The notes beneath the pieces were generated by a model, which was not told where the DNA came from, did not search any database, and was given only the letters and a program-made list of their open reading frames with translations. A stretch of DNA of 59,335 nucleotides from Gemmatimonadota bacterium (lineage in GTDB: Bacteria; Gemmatimonadota; Gemmatimonadetes; Gemmatimonadales; GWC2-71-9): contig JANXXJ010000063.1 in NCBI GenBank assembly GCA_025350665.1, forward strand, positions 1 to 59,335, read 5' to 3'. This document shows positions 59,104-59,335 of the stretch, one piece after another (the stretch's first letter is position 1; each line of letters starts with the position of its first letter). The position numbers and the translations under genes are program-made.

Positions 59104-59335
59104 TCAGGGCGTCCTGGTGATATCCTCGACCCGGGTGGAATAGGTCCCGTCGGCGGCCCGAATGATCGCCACCGTCTTGGCTTGGCCGGCCGCCACCGGG
59201 AAGACCCCGAAGGACGCGACCACCGTCTTGGTATTCCGCAGGGTGAACGTCACCCCCACGAGGCCCGGGGTGGTGTAGAAGAAGGTCGAGTACGATGGCG
59301 CCTGGGCCTCCATCCGCACCACCGGCGTCGCGGCC
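59104..59335 (-). CDS. Hypothetical protein, C-terminal part only (5' end outside window)
   Basis: Open frame to the window edge, beta-strand-rich sequence, stop at 59104. Confidence 0.55.
   Translation of the reverse strand, partial: AATPVVRMEAQAPSYSTFFYTTPGLVGVTFTLRNTKTVVASFGVFPVAAGQAKTVAIIRAADGTYSTRVEDITRTP

Overview
High-GC bacterial chromosomal window with about 46 genes. The gene style (several membrane Ser/Thr kinases with TPR or beta-propeller tails, SusC/SusD pair, carboxypeptidase-regulatory-domain proteins, PufC-like dihaem cytochromes, many secreted amidohydrolases and peptidases) suggests Gemmatimonadota; this is inferred, not searched. Contents: three Hanks-type kinases (the first frameshifted), prfC, a lytic transglycosylase lacking a normal stop, two VapBC-type toxin-antitoxin pairs, a five-gene beta-oxidation/redox cluster that looks Burkholderiales-like, a TPP riboswitch controlling a TonB-dependent thiamine-type receptor, susCD, a tandem DUF885-like pair with an ATPase-less peptide ABC transporter, tricorn and M28 peptidases, deaD, and a short atypical Rho. 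The most unusual items are the 370-aa Rho (motor motifs intact, N-terminal helical bundle and aromatic RNA-binding residues missing), the DUF885-like pair in which one copy lacks the putative catalytic Glu, a readable riboswitch expression platform, apparent leaderless promoters, and three deletion-like lesions in the first 11 kb. No CRISPR array, tRNA/rRNA, transposase or integrase was seen. Start codons were adjusted by eye from the ORF track and family calls are from motif recognition only.
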